A DNA stretch of 56,602 nucleotides, taken from the IMG/VR virus record IMGVR_UViG_3300045988_059190; one strand, written 5' to 3'. The DNA is from a virus. Shown here piece after piece: positions 1-9,178 of this stretch. Within the stretch, counting starts at the first letter, position 1. The number at the start of each line of letters is the position of its first letter. Made by a program: the position numbers and the translations under genes. The notes below the pieces were generated by a model. That model searched no databases and was not told the origin of the DNA. It saw only the letters and a list, made by a program, of their open reading frames with translations.

Positions 1-1
1 C

Positions 2-217
2 GGAGCATCATCAGCGACAGGATACAAAGGAGCATCATCAGCGACAGGAGACTACGGAGCATCATCAGCGACAGGAAACTGCGGAGCATCATCAGCGACA
101 GGAGACTACGGAGCATCATCAGCGACAGGATACAAAGGAGCATCATCAGCGACAGGAGACTACGGAGCATCATCAGCGACAGGAAACTGCGGAGCATCAT
201 CAGCGACAGGATACAAA
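2..217 (+). repeat. Tandem 27-nt coding repeat (8 units: GGAGCATCATCAGCGACAGGA + TACAAA/GACTAC/AACTGC)
   Basis: The 21-nt core is near-perfect at nucleotide level and the 6-nt spacers vary. It continues the array at 56312..56602. Confidence 0.95.
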
Positions 218-469
218 GGGAAGTCGGCAGCAGAAAACCCAAATAGCGTAGCGGTGGCTTGGGGACCAGAAGCAATGGCAAAAGGTGTAAAAGGATCCAC
301 GCTTGTCCTTGCAGAATGGAAACAGATTGATGATGATGCATGGTACTGGAAAGAGGAAGCGTGGGATTTCATAGGATCATTAATGGTTCATGTGGATGGC
401 GAAAAAGTAAAAGAAAACACATGGTACACATTAAAGGATGGCGAACTTGTGGAGGTAGAAGATGAATAA
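2..469 (+). CDS. C-terminal part of tandem-repeat protein (N-terminal part is at 55970..56602); 5' end cut by window edge
   Basis: Frame is open from nt 2. It reads GASSATG+2aa nonapeptide repeats, then a unique tail ..WYTLKDGELVEVEDE, with stop at 467-469. Phase matches the ORF that leaves the window at 56602. Confidence 0.75.
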   Translation, partial: GASSATGYKGASSATGDYGASSATGNCGASSATGDYGASSATGYKGASSATGDYGASSATGNCGASSATGYKGKSAAENPNSVAVAWGPEAMAKGVKGSTLVLAEWKQIDDDAWYWKEEAWDFIGSLMVHVDGEKVKENTWYTLKDGELVEVEDE

Positions 470-1589
470 AAAAGAAGTATTGGAAATCAGAAAGCAGTTC
501 TCACCAGAGAATTGTTCGATAACCCGTATAGCCGGATGCTATGTGGACGGAGAGAAAGAAAAGCGCATGGAAAGGGAAGAAACGTTTCTTTCACTGCCGG
601 AAGAACAGGCATTTAAGTATTTCGACATCTTCAAAAAGACGTTATCCGGGAAAATCGGAAAGAACCTGTTGAACTTGGAATACAAACTGAAAGCAGACAG
701 AAGCGGTGACCCGGAGGGCGAAGAGCATGAACTGTTGATGAATCTGAGGGAAAGTAAGTTGAAAGACCCGGCGTTGTTGGATGAATTCTATGAGAAGATT
801 CTTATGTATTATGACTGTGCCGAAAACTACTATATCGTGCTTATCCATGCGGTATATGACGTACCGGGAAAGACATCGGATGGAGAAGAATTGGAAGATG
901 CATCTGACGAAGTATACGATTTCATTCTTTGTTGTATCTGTCCGGTGAAACTTTCAAAGCCGGGACTTGCTTACAACGGAAAAGATGAACGGATGGAAGA
1001 GAGAACCCGTGACTGGGTAGTAGACATGCCGGATAAAGGCTTTCTATTCCCGGCATTTAATGACCGTCAGACAGATGTACATAGCGCACTCTATTACACC
1101 CGAAAGTCTGCCGAGGTACAGGAAGAAATGGTCAGAGAGGTGCTTGGAATTGATTTGGTGGTATCTGCCGATGAAGAGAAAGACAAATTCGGCAAGCTGT
1201 TAGAGGACGTGCTTGGAGAAGATGCGGACTGCAAAACAGTGAAAGACATTTATGAGGGCATATCCGAAGAGATGGAACGCCACGCAGAAGACCCGGAACC
1301 ATACAAAATGAGTGAGAGAGAACTGGAAAAGATATTCAGCAGCAACGGCGTACCGGATGAACAGATGGAACTGTTTGAGGATTCCTACCGGGAGAATATC
1401 GGGGATGAACCGATTATGGCAAGCAATATTTGCGACAACAAGGTAGTCAATATCCAAGTACCGGAGGGAAAGATAACTATCGATGCAGATTTCATTAGCA
1501 ATCTTGAGATTAAGAAAGTTGACGGAAGAAAATGCATGGTACTGCCAGTAGACTATGTAGAAGTTAACGGAATTTCAACGAAAGCGTAG
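462..1589 (+). CDS. DUF4317-family protein
   Basis: 375 aa. Recognised blocks: MNKKEVLEIRKQFSPENCSITRIAGCYV, FKKTLSGKIGKNLLNLEY, EEHELLMNLRESKLKD, ILCCICPVKLSKPGLAY, GFLFPAFNDRQTDVHSALYYTR. Family call is from recall, not a search. Confidence 0.7.
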   Translation: MNKKEVLEIRKQFSPENCSITRIAGCYVDGEKEKRMEREETFLSLPEEQAFKYFDIFKKTLSGKIGKNLLNLEYKLKADRSGDPEGEEHELLMNLRESKLKDPALLDEFYEKILMYYDCAENYYIVLIHAVYDVPGKTSDGEELEDASDEVYDFILCCICPVKLSKPGLAYNGKDERMEERTRDWVVDMPDKGFLFPAFNDRQTDVHSALYYTRKSAEVQEEMVREVLGIDLVVSADEEKDKFGKLLEDVLGEDADCKTVKDIYEGISEEMERHAEDPEPYKMSERELEKIFSSNGVPDEQMELFEDSYRENIGDEPIMASNICDNKVVNIQVPEGKITIDADFISNLEIKKVDGRKCMVLPVDYVEVNGISTKA

Positions 1590-1598
1590 GTGAGGAAG

Positions 1599-2183
1599 AT
1601 GAAATATAAGGTTGGAGATAAGGTAAAAATCAAAGAAAATCTGATTACTGGAAATATGTATGGTGGTTTATATCTGTATGGTGGTGCTACGAGACATATT
1701 GGAGAAGAAACGATAGTAACAAAAGTTGAAAAAGAACGCTACAGGTTAGCCGTTGATAATTCTTCGAGAATCTGGACATACGAAATGCTTGAACCAGTAG
1801 AAGAAATGAGTGCGGAAGAAGCAATTAAATTATCTGGTGAAATGTGCTCAAGTTCGGCTTGTTATGAATGCCCGGTTTTTAAGTCACGAGAAAAATACAG
1901 TGAAATGTGTAACGTGTTTAGAAAAGAACACGCCGAAGAATATCTTGAAATCCTTAAGCAGTGGAAAGCAGACCATGAGAAAAAGCCGATTGAGACAAAA
2001 AGCGTTTATATTATTCGTGTGATCGAAAATACAGATGGAATGGAAAAATGCGTATACAAAGAAAAAAAGAAAGATTCTGAGGGTTCTCAAGAGGCAATGG
2101 AAAGAGTTCTGAAAGAATATTGCAAAACACATGAGGGCAGGTCCTTTACGGTAGCGGAGTGGACTTGCCAGGTAAAGGAGTAA
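1599..2183 (+). CDS. hypothetical protein
   Basis: ATG at 1599 follows GGTGAGGAAG. The track ORF starts at GTG 1590. No recognisable motif. Confidence 0.6.
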   Translation: MKYKVGDKVKIKENLITGNMYGGLYLYGGATRHIGEETIVTKVEKERYRLAVDNSSRIWTYEMLEPVEEMSAEEAIKLSGEMCSSSACYECPVFKSREKYSEMCNVFRKEHAEEYLEILKQWKADHEKKPIETKSVYIIRVIENTDGMEKCVYKEKKKDSEGSQEAMERVLKEYCKTHEGRSFTVAEWTCQVKE

Positions 2184-2256
2184 CCCATGAATACAGGAGA
2201 AAAGATAGATTACATGATTCAGTGCTTACAGGTGGCAAACGAGGTGAAGTGATGAT

Positions 2257-3024
2257 ATGGGAAAGAGAAAGATAAATTGCACTAACAGTTCTTGTAAGCA
2301 CAATATAGGAGAAAATGGATGTGATACCTGTATAACCATTGACTATTCGGGGAAATGCCAGTCATTTGAAAAAGGCTTTCCTTATTATTTTCACATTGTA
2401 TGGGATGCATTAGGAGATTCGAATTACATTGATATGATAAAAATCAAGATGGATCCAGATTTGAGAATCGGGTTGTATTATGTGATGGAGTGCTATGGAC
2501 TTGGATTTTCCGAAATGGAATGGGGCACATGCCGGATGGTGATGCTAAAAGATAAAGAAGATGGAAAGGGACTGAAATATGAGGAAATTATAAAAAGAGA
2601 AATGGATATGGAAAAGTTCCAGAAGTTTTTTGATGATTTTAAAAACGGAATAATGCCAGGACCAGAACAAAAAGAAAAGGAACAGACAAATACTGAACCA
2701 AAAGAGTTTGGATGGCTGTCACCAACTGGCGATTTTATAGAATCACCGTTTGGAACCCATGAAGAATCGGCATCTGAAATATGCAGAAGCAAGGGATTTG
2801 ATGATGAATATCGAAAATGGAGAGATGAGAACGAAGATACTGTTCATCTAAAAAGAGATTTCTTGCAAGAAGTAAAAGGATATTGCTTGATACATAATCC
2901 GTATGGAAGTGGTGGATATATTGTGACAAACATGAGAGAACTGACGAAGAAACAAAAAGAATTCCTATATGGATATTTTATTGATATGGGAGACAGATTC
3001 AAAGCGGAACAATTTATTGATTAA
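2257..3024 (+). CDS. hypothetical protein with N-terminal Cys motif (DUF1540-like)
   Basis: N-terminus is CTNSSCKHNIGENGCDTCITIDYSGKCQSF. The rest is unrecognised. Confidence 0.55.
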   Translation: MGKRKINCTNSSCKHNIGENGCDTCITIDYSGKCQSFEKGFPYYFHIVWDALGDSNYIDMIKIKMDPDLRIGLYYVMECYGLGFSEMEWGTCRMVMLKDKEDGKGLKYEEIIKREMDMEKFQKFFDDFKNGIMPGPEQKEKEQTNTEPKEFGWLSPTGDFIESPFGTHEESASEICRSKGFDDEYRKWRDENEDTVHLKRDFLQEVKGYCLIHNPYGSGGYIVTNMRELTKKQKEFLYGYFIDMGDRFKAEQFID

Positions 3025-3085
3025 AACAAACAGAAAGGAGACGGAGCTCCGGCCGGGCAAAGATATATCGGCTCCTTTCGAGAAG

Positions 3086-4120
3086 ATGTATATACAAGAA
3101 GATGATTTGAAACTAAATGATTGGCAGTTCGCCCAAAGAAAGTATCTTCCTTATGAAACAAAGCTCCGGCTTACAGAGACACGCATAAGAGAATGGCATT
3201 ACAACTGGGCGGGGCAAGTGTATCTAAGCTATTCGGGTGGACTTGATAGCACGGTACTGCTACATATGATTCGAAAAGAATTAGGCGATGATGTTCCGGC
3301 TGTCTTTTCCAACACGGGTTTGGAATTCCCGGAAATCGTGAGATTTGCAAGAAAAGCACCGGGAGTGTTTGAAGAAATCTATCCGAGAGATAAAAACGGC
3401 AAAAGGATCACTTTTAAACAAATTGTGGATCAGCACGGTTTCCCGCTGGTCTCGAAAGAAACGGCGGCGAAAATTGAAAAGTTGAGACACGGAAAGCTGA
3501 GTGAGAGGTATCGCAATTATTTGCTGAATGGTGATGAACGAGGGAAATTTGGTATGCTCCCTAAAAAGTGGAGATTTTTGCTTGATGTTGAATTCGATAC
3601 ATCTCAGAAATGTTGCGACAAGATGAAAAAGAAGCCGTTTAAGGAATATGAAAAGATGACTGGAAGAAAGCCATATGTAGGCACAACACAGGACGAGGGA
3701 TTCATGCGAGCGCATCTATACGCAAGCACAGGTTGTAATGTGTATGACGGGAATAAAATCAAGTCGCAGCCATTAGGATTCTGGAACAGACAGGATGTAT
3801 TAAGATACGTGGTCGAAAATGATGTGGAAATATGCTCTGTGTATGGAGATATTAAGCAAGATCAGCAAGGCAACTATTATACGACAGGAGAACAACGAAC
3901 AGGATGCATGTTCTGTGGATTCGGAGCGCACCTGGAAGAAGAGCCAAACAGATTCCAGAGAATGTCCGTAACACACCCGAAATGTTATGAAATCTGCATG
4001 AACCTTGAAAGCAATGGAGTGAAGTACAAAGATGCGTTAGAAACGTGCGGAATTGGTACAGAAACATGGGAGCAGATGGGACAAATGGATATATTTGATT
4101 TTATTGGAGGTATGCAGTAG
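3086..4120 (+). CDS. PAPS reductase-like PP-loop ATP pyrophosphatase family protein
   Basis: PP-loop YLSYSGGLDSTVLLHMI and C-terminal Cys cluster TGCMFCGFG. The alternative upstream ATG at 2969 would overlap the previous gene by 56 nt. Confidence 0.8.
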   Translation: MYIQEDDLKLNDWQFAQRKYLPYETKLRLTETRIREWHYNWAGQVYLSYSGGLDSTVLLHMIRKELGDDVPAVFSNTGLEFPEIVRFARKAPGVFEEIYPRDKNGKRITFKQIVDQHGFPLVSKETAAKIEKLRHGKLSERYRNYLLNGDERGKFGMLPKKWRFLLDVEFDTSQKCCDKMKKKPFKEYEKMTGRKPYVGTTQDEGFMRAHLYASTGCNVYDGNKIKSQPLGFWNRQDVLRYVVENDVEICSVYGDIKQDQQGNYYTTGEQRTGCMFCGFGAHLEEEPNRFQRMSVTHPKCYEICMNLESNGVKYKDALETCGIGTETWEQMGQMDIFDFIGGMQ

Positions 4121-5487
4121 TGAAAGACTTAATTGTGGATTGTTTCGCTGGTGGTGGCGGGGCATCAGTCGGAATTGAAATGGCACTCGGCAGACCGGTA
4201 GATATTGCAATTAACCACGATCCGGATGCCATATTGATGCATAAGACCAACCACCCGGATACACTACATCTGACAGAAGATATTTTCAAGGTCAACTTGA
4301 AGAAATATGTAAAAGGACAGCACGTGGCTCTTATGTGGGCGAGTCCAGACTGTACAAGCCATTCCAAAGCAAAGGGCGGTAAGCCGAGAGAAAAAGGCTT
4401 GAGAATTCTTCCGTGGGCGGTATATAAGCACGCAAAAGCTATTCTGCCGGATGTAATTCTTATGGAGAACGTAGAAGAAATACAACAGTGGGGTCCGCTG
4501 GATGAAAAAGGATATCCAATTCCAGAGAGAAAAGGCGAGGATTACAAGAAATTTATTACGGCAATGAAGAGTCTTGGATATATATTTGAGTGCCGGGAAC
4601 TGGTAGCTGCGGACTACGGAGCACCGACCACAAGAAAGAGATGGTATGCAGTATTCCGTAGAGATGGACGGGAAATCAGATTCCCAAAGCAGACTCACAG
4701 TGCGGACGGCATTGGCTTTAAGAAGTGGAAACCTTGTGGAGATTATATTGACTGGTCAGACCTTGGCAGTTCGATATTTGACCGCAAGAAGCCACTTGCA
4801 GAAGCTACACAGAAGAGAATTGCGAACGGCATCAAGAAATATATCATCGATGCAGAATCTCCTTATATCGTGAGGAACGGCGAAGCACTGGCATACATCA
4901 TCCAGTATCACGGAGAGACAAGAGCCGGTGATTCAAGAGGACAGCTTTTAACCGAACCAATCAAGACGATTGATACATCAAACCGGTATGGACTGGTTAC
5001 GGCATTCATCACGAAGTATTACAAGACTGGCATAGGTCAAGGCTGTGACGAACCACTTCATACGATCACAACATCTCCAGGACACTTCGGATTGGTATCT
5101 GCATTTCTGATTAAGTATTACGGCGGTGGCTGTGGACAGACTTTGGATAGGCCGCTTGATACGATCACCACAAAAGACAGGTTCGGACTGGTGAATGTGA
5201 TTCTGGATATCAAGGGCGAGAAGTACATCATATCTGATATCTTTTTGCGGATGCTGAAACCGGAAGAGCTGAAAGTAATGCAAGGGTTCCCGAAAGATTA
5301 CATTATCGACAGGGATTATAACTGGAAGAAATACCCGATTGCAAAACAGGTAGCAAGGATCGGGAACAGCGTAGTACCGATTATGGCGCAGAAGCTTGTA
5401 GAAGCGAACTGTCCGTATCTCAAGGTCGGCGAGAGAGTACCGAACTTGATTATAGATGATACACAGGAACAATTAAGATTTGCGTAG
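4120..5487 (+). CDS. DNA (cytosine-5)-methyltransferase
   Basis: Motif I DCFAGGGGASVG, motif IV variant WASPDCTSHSKAKGG, motif VI LMENVEE, APTTRKRWY, motif X IGNSVVP. Target-recognition region holds three copies of a ..PL.TITT...FGLV.. unit. GTG start follows GGAGGT. Confidence 0.9.
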   Translation: MKDLIVDCFAGGGGASVGIEMALGRPVDIAINHDPDAILMHKTNHPDTLHLTEDIFKVNLKKYVKGQHVALMWASPDCTSHSKAKGGKPREKGLRILPWAVYKHAKAILPDVILMENVEEIQQWGPLDEKGYPIPERKGEDYKKFITAMKSLGYIFECRELVAADYGAPTTRKRWYAVFRRDGREIRFPKQTHSADGIGFKKWKPCGDYIDWSDLGSSIFDRKKPLAEATQKRIANGIKKYIIDAESPYIVRNGEALAYIIQYHGETRAGDSRGQLLTEPIKTIDTSNRYGLVTAFITKYYKTGIGQGCDEPLHTITTSPGHFGLVSAFLIKYYGGGCGQTLDRPLDTITTKDRFGLVNVILDIKGEKYIISDIFLRMLKPEELKVMQGFPKDYIIDRDYNWKKYPIAKQVARIGNSVVPIMAQKLVEANCPYLKVGERVPNLIIDDTQEQLRFA

Positions 5488-5496
5488 GTGGAGAAA

Positions 5497-5562
5497 ATGG
5501 ATGATAAAAAAATATTAGATGTAACGTGCGGATCACGAACGATCCGCTTACTGCATGGCTGA
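5497..5562 (+). CDS. 21-codon leader ORF (MDDKKILDVTCGSRTIRLLHG) with the only good RBS upstream of the radical-SAM gene
   Basis: GGTGGAG RBS sits 6 nt before ATG 5497. An A7 run lies at 5506-5512. It is in a different frame from 5526..6344. See findings. Confidence 0.3.
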   Translation: MDDKKILDVTCGSRTIRLLHG

Positions 5563-6344
5563 ATCCGCCAGACAGAGTATATATGAGCAAGGTATTTACA
5601 TTCACGGAAGATTATCCTCATCCAGTGTGCGCTGGAGAAATAATCAAAGGCGGTACGGGTTATGAATATCCGTCTGGTGGCAAGCCATTACCGGAAGAAA
5701 TCGAGCATATCTATCCTGATTACAGCCCATATCCTGAACTTTGCAATGACACAGCTTATGGATTTCTGACAAGGGGATGCCCGAGAGGTTGTGATTTCTG
5801 CATCGTGAAAGACAAAGAGGGGCAGAAAAGCCACAAGGTATCTGATTTGTCTGAATTTTGGAATGGACAGAAAAATATCGTTTTGCTGGATCCAAATATG
5901 TTCGCTTGCAAGGACTGGGAAAATCTGAGCCAACAACTTATTGATAGCAAGGCTTGGATAGATTTTTCGCAAGGTTGCGACATTCGGATTATGACCAAAG
6001 AAAAAGCGGAATATATCAAGCAGATGAAGATTAAGCAGATACATTTTGCGTGGGATAGATACCAGGATAAAGACAATATAGTGCCAAAATTTAAGATGTT
6101 TCAAAAGTTAACTGGATGGAACAGAGGGAAGATGACGGTGTATGTCTTGTGCGGATTCGATACAACATTAGAACAAGACCTTGACCGGATATACACACTC
6201 AGAGATTTGGGATATGCCCCGTACGTGATGATCTATGACAAATACAAATTAAAGAAGCGTGATCAGCTGAAAAGAATGCAGAGATGGGTAAATTCCAGAT
6301 ACGCATTTATGGCATGTGAGCGGTTCGAGGATTATACAGGGTAG
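5526..6344 (+). CDS. radical SAM domain protein
   Basis: CX3CX2C motif in FLTRGCPRGCDFCIV, followed by a TIM-barrel-like pattern (VLLDPNMF, DFSQGCDIR, HFAWD, YVLCGFDTTLEQD). The start is uncertain: GTG 5526 and ATG 5583 both lack an RBS. Confidence 0.8.
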   Translation: MRITNDPLTAWLNPPDRVYMSKVFTFTEDYPHPVCAGEIIKGGTGYEYPSGGKPLPEEIEHIYPDYSPYPELCNDTAYGFLTRGCPRGCDFCIVKDKEGQKSHKVSDLSEFWNGQKNIVLLDPNMFACKDWENLSQQLIDSKAWIDFSQGCDIRIMTKEKAEYIKQMKIKQIHFAWDRYQDKDNIVPKFKMFQKLTGWNRGKMTVYVLCGFDTTLEQDLDRIYTLRDLGYAPYVMIYDKYKLKKRDQLKRMQRWVNSRYAFMACERFEDYTG

Positions 6345-6353
6345 GTGAAAAGA

Positions 6354-6749
6354 ATGAATATTGAATTAAAAGAGATAGACAAAGACACATTAAAAGTCGG
6401 GGATTGGGTTGGAGTTGCGAGAGTGGTGAGCTGTGGATGGGGTTCTACATTCCGGCATCAGTTAATTACTCCGGCAAAAGTTACAAGAATTACTCCAAAA
6501 CGGACAAAATTCTTTACGGATAAATTCGGAGAACATGACAAAAAGGAAATTTTTTATGAGCTTGATGGTGATGCCGGAAACGAAAATTATTTAGCTAAAT
6601 CATTCAAGTGTTTATCTGACGGAATATATAAGATGGAGGAATTGAAAAGAACTGATCGTTTAAGGGAAATCAGTGATGAAGATTTGCCGGAAGTAGCGGA
6701 ACACATGAAAGCAATTACAGAGATTTTGGAGAAATACAAAGAGAAATAG
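6354..6749 (+). CDS. hypothetical protein
   Basis: ATG follows AGGTGA. No motif recognised. Confidence 0.6.
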   Translation: MNIELKEIDKDTLKVGDWVGVARVVSCGWGSTFRHQLITPAKVTRITPKRTKFFTDKFGEHDKKEIFYELDGDAGNENYLAKSFKCLSDGIYKMEELKRTDRLREISDEDLPEVAEHMKAITEILEKYKEK

Positions 6750-6849
6750 AGTAGCAGCTAAAAATAGCAGCTACCACACCTTGACAATTGAATATTGATG
6801 GTTGGAATGGCTGTCAGTATTCGAATGTTGGGAGAAAGGAAAGAAAATT

Positions 6850-7278
6850 ATGGGAGTAACAATAAATAGCAAAAATCACAAAATTGTTCTGAGCTATTCC
6901 GGGTTCTACCGGATTCGTGTAAAAGTAGCGGAGTTAACTGCACCAGATATCTATGAACATTATAAAAAACTTAATGATTGGAGATATGTACTGGTTAGCA
7001 AAGGAGAGAACTTTTCCGCAGAGTATGACAAGAAAATCGTGGAACTTGATAAAAAGTACGATGGAAAATATACACAGATCCTTGAATTCTTATACACGAG
7101 CGACAGTCACGGAGAAGCTGATGCAGAACACTGCAAATCTGTATACGAAATTATAAAAGAATATGATGATGATATTATCTATGGATATCGTAGCAGTATA
7201 GAAGCTGTACTATTCAAAAATTTTAAACAGTTGATAAAAGATGGTGCAGATACAGGAACTGGGATTGAATGGTATTAA
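6850..7278 (+). CDS. hypothetical protein
   Basis: ATG 6850 follows AAGGAAAG. The track ORF begins at TTG 6802. Confidence 0.6.
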   Translation: MGVTINSKNHKIVLSYSGFYRIRVKVAELTAPDIYEHYKKLNDWRYVLVSKGENFSAEYDKKIVELDKKYDGKYTQILEFLYTSDSHGEADAEHCKSVYEIIKEYDDDIIYGYRSSIEAVLFKNFKQLIKDGADTGTGIEWY

Positions 7279-7292
7279 GAAAGGGGGAAATT

Positions 7293-7589
7293 GTGAAAAC
7301 GGTATTTACTATTTGCGTGATTATTATGTTATGTGTCTATATAGCAGTGGAAGAAAGAGAGATAAAAGTAACAAAGGAAGAAGCATATCGGGACGGATTT
7401 CGAAAAGCACTAAAAGAATGTGGAAAACTTCCGACACGACCGATTATCTTGGATGATTCTACGGAAGATATTGATTATAAATGCTCACACTGTGGAAAGG
7501 AATACATAGTGCCGAAAGATAACAAACCGAAATACTGTAGTGAATGCGGAAGAGAGATTGACTGGGAGGACAAAGCCTGTGGGATGTAA
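7293..7589 (+). CDS. membrane-anchored zinc-ribbon protein
   Basis: GTG follows AAGGGGGA. N-terminal hydrophobic helix VFTICVIIMLCVYIAV. Ribbon motif CSHCG..x..CSECG. Confidence 0.55.
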   Translation: MKTVFTICVIIMLCVYIAVEEREIKVTKEEAYRDGFRKALKECGKLPTRPIILDDSTEDIDYKCSHCGKEYIVPKDNKPKYCSECGREIDWEDKACGM

Positions 7590-7746
7590 ACAGATATGTA
7601 GTGTAGACCCAGGCATCCACAAATGCTGTCTGGAATGTGAGAAGTACAAAGAATGTAATATTCTGTGTGACGATTTAGACCAGTATGAATACATGGAAGA
7701 ATGCCCGGATTATGTAAAGGAGGATGAAGACAATGAGAATAATTAG
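7579..7746 (+). CDS. small Cys-rich acidic protein
   Basis: GTG follows GGGAGGA. Sequence is CKQIC..HKCCLECEKYKECNILC followed by an acidic tail. Confidence 0.45.
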   Translation: MGCKQICSVDPGIHKCCLECEKYKECNILCDDLDQYEYMEECPDYVKEDEDNENN

Positions 7747-7984
7747 TCAAGATGGATGTTATGATATGCCTTATGAAGAAGTGGCATTAAAAAGAAATGG
7801 GTGTAATATTTGCGCACTAAATCAGTACTTGTCATCGGGTTTTATTATTGGGCTTGCGGAATATTCTACCGAAGAGAAAGCAATTAAGGCTATGGATATG
7901 TGCAGAAAATATTACGATAACAGATCTTCAATGTTAGAACCTAAAATTTTTCAGTTTCCAAAAGATGAAGGGGTGATATTATGA
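7724..7984 (+). CDS. hypothetical protein
   Basis: 86-aa ORF, translationally coupled to its neighbours. Confidence 0.55.
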   Translation: MKTMRIISQDGCYDMPYEEVALKRNGCNICALNQYLSSGFIIGLAEYSTEEKAIKAMDMCRKYYDNRSSMLEPKIFQFPKDEGVIL

Positions 7985-8301
7985 GCAGAAACAGATCATT
8001 AGAAGAAATACAGGAAGATATCAGAACTCTGACAAGAGTACCATCCGAATTTATCCATGCAAAGTTGGATGAATTATCAAAAGAAGTTGGTGAGTTAGCA
8101 AAACAAAAGTGGATTCCGTGTAGCGAGAGATTACCGAAAGAAACAGTGCTCTGTTGCGATGAGTATGGCAATATGCTGATTGGAGATATTAGCAAAGGCA
8201 AAAAGGGATATATAGCGGAAAATGACGATGACTATTTTTATTGTGATGCCTGGTTGCCGTTACCGGAACCGTATAAGGAGGACGGACAATGGGAAGACTG
8301 A
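7981..8301 (+). CDS. hypothetical protein (DUF551-like WIP..ERLP motif)
   Basis: KWIPCSERLPKE motif. ATGA overlap with the upstream gene. Confidence 0.5.
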   Translation: MSRNRSLEEIQEDIRTLTRVPSEFIHAKLDELSKEVGELAKQKWIPCSERLPKETVLCCDEYGNMLIGDISKGKKGYIAENDDDYFYCDAWLPLPEPYKEDGQWED

Positions 8302-8591
8302 TTGATGCGGACAAGCTTATAAGAAGAATGAGAATTGATATGGACCGTATGAAATACCAATACAATCTTGATGTTATAGAGGGAATGAGCTTTGCAATAG
8401 GATACATAGTTGGAAGTCAGACAGCCTATGATCCAGATAAGGTTATCGAAAAGTTACAAGTACTATCCGATAAGGCAGATGATGATATAGCCGTCTGCGA
8501 AGCGAATACGTGCCAGTATTATGACGGATACGGAGATGGACTGGATAGAGCCATTGAAATTGTGAAACGAGGTGGAAGAGATGAAGAATAA
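8289..8591 (+). CDS. hypothetical protein
   Basis: 100-aa ORF with coupled overlaps on both sides. Confidence 0.55.
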   Translation: MGRLIDADKLIRRMRIDMDRMKYQYNLDVIEGMSFAIGYIVGSQTAYDPDKVIEKLQVLSDKADDDIAVCEANTCQYYDGYGDGLDRAIEIVKRGGRDEE

Positions 8592-9039
8592 AGAAAAGTA
8601 CGCAGAGCAATTATTATCTTTTGCGTGTGCCAAATATGATAGTTTCGGTGTTTACGAAGGAACGGACGAAATGGAAAGTTGCAAGATAATGACTTGCGAG
8701 GAATGTGCATTTTTTAGAATGAAAAATAGTTGTCACACGGAAAAGCTTAAATGGCTTGACCAGGAGTACATTAAAAAGCCGGTGATAAGCAAGAAAGATA
8801 GAGCGTTTTTGGAGTATCTTGGAAAAGATTTGAAATACATTGCGAGAGATAAAAGCGAAGCTTTGTTTACCTATGAACGTGCAATCGAAAAAGGAAAGTA
8901 TGGCTGGGTATATGATTCTGGCGTTCTTAAAAATCTCCGTGGGTTTTCCGTAGACCTCCCAATGGTCAAATGGTCAGATGATTCACCGTGGCTTATCGAG
9001 GACTTGAAGCAGTTGGAGGTAGTTGACAACTATGAGTAA
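8572..9039 (+). CDS. hypothetical protein
   Basis: 155-aa ORF. Confidence 0.55.
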   Translation: MEEMKNKEKYAEQLLSFACAKYDSFGVYEGTDEMESCKIMTCEECAFFRMKNSCHTEKLKWLDQEYIKKPVISKKDRAFLEYLGKDLKYIARDKSEALFTYERAIEKGKYGWVYDSGVLKNLRGFSVDLPMVKWSDDSPWLIEDLKQLEVVDNYE

Positions 9040-9178
9040 AGAAAATGATATTAAAGGATGCGCTTAAGGATGAATGCATTGGAAGAAAAAACAAAGGAGA
9101 AGACAGTAAAAAGAAAGAAAAACTACTATTTGGTCAAAAGTGATGTATTAGGGTATGCGAAAAGGAAGGGATTAATTA

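Noticed and set aside
3086-6344. 7-deazaguanine (QueC/QueE) or Dnd phosphorothioation pathway
   Set aside because: The PP-loop protein is much longer than QueC and lacks its pattern. No FolE, QueD, DpdA/TGT or DndA/D/E genes occur anywhere in the window. It is kept only as a generic DNA-modification hypothesis.
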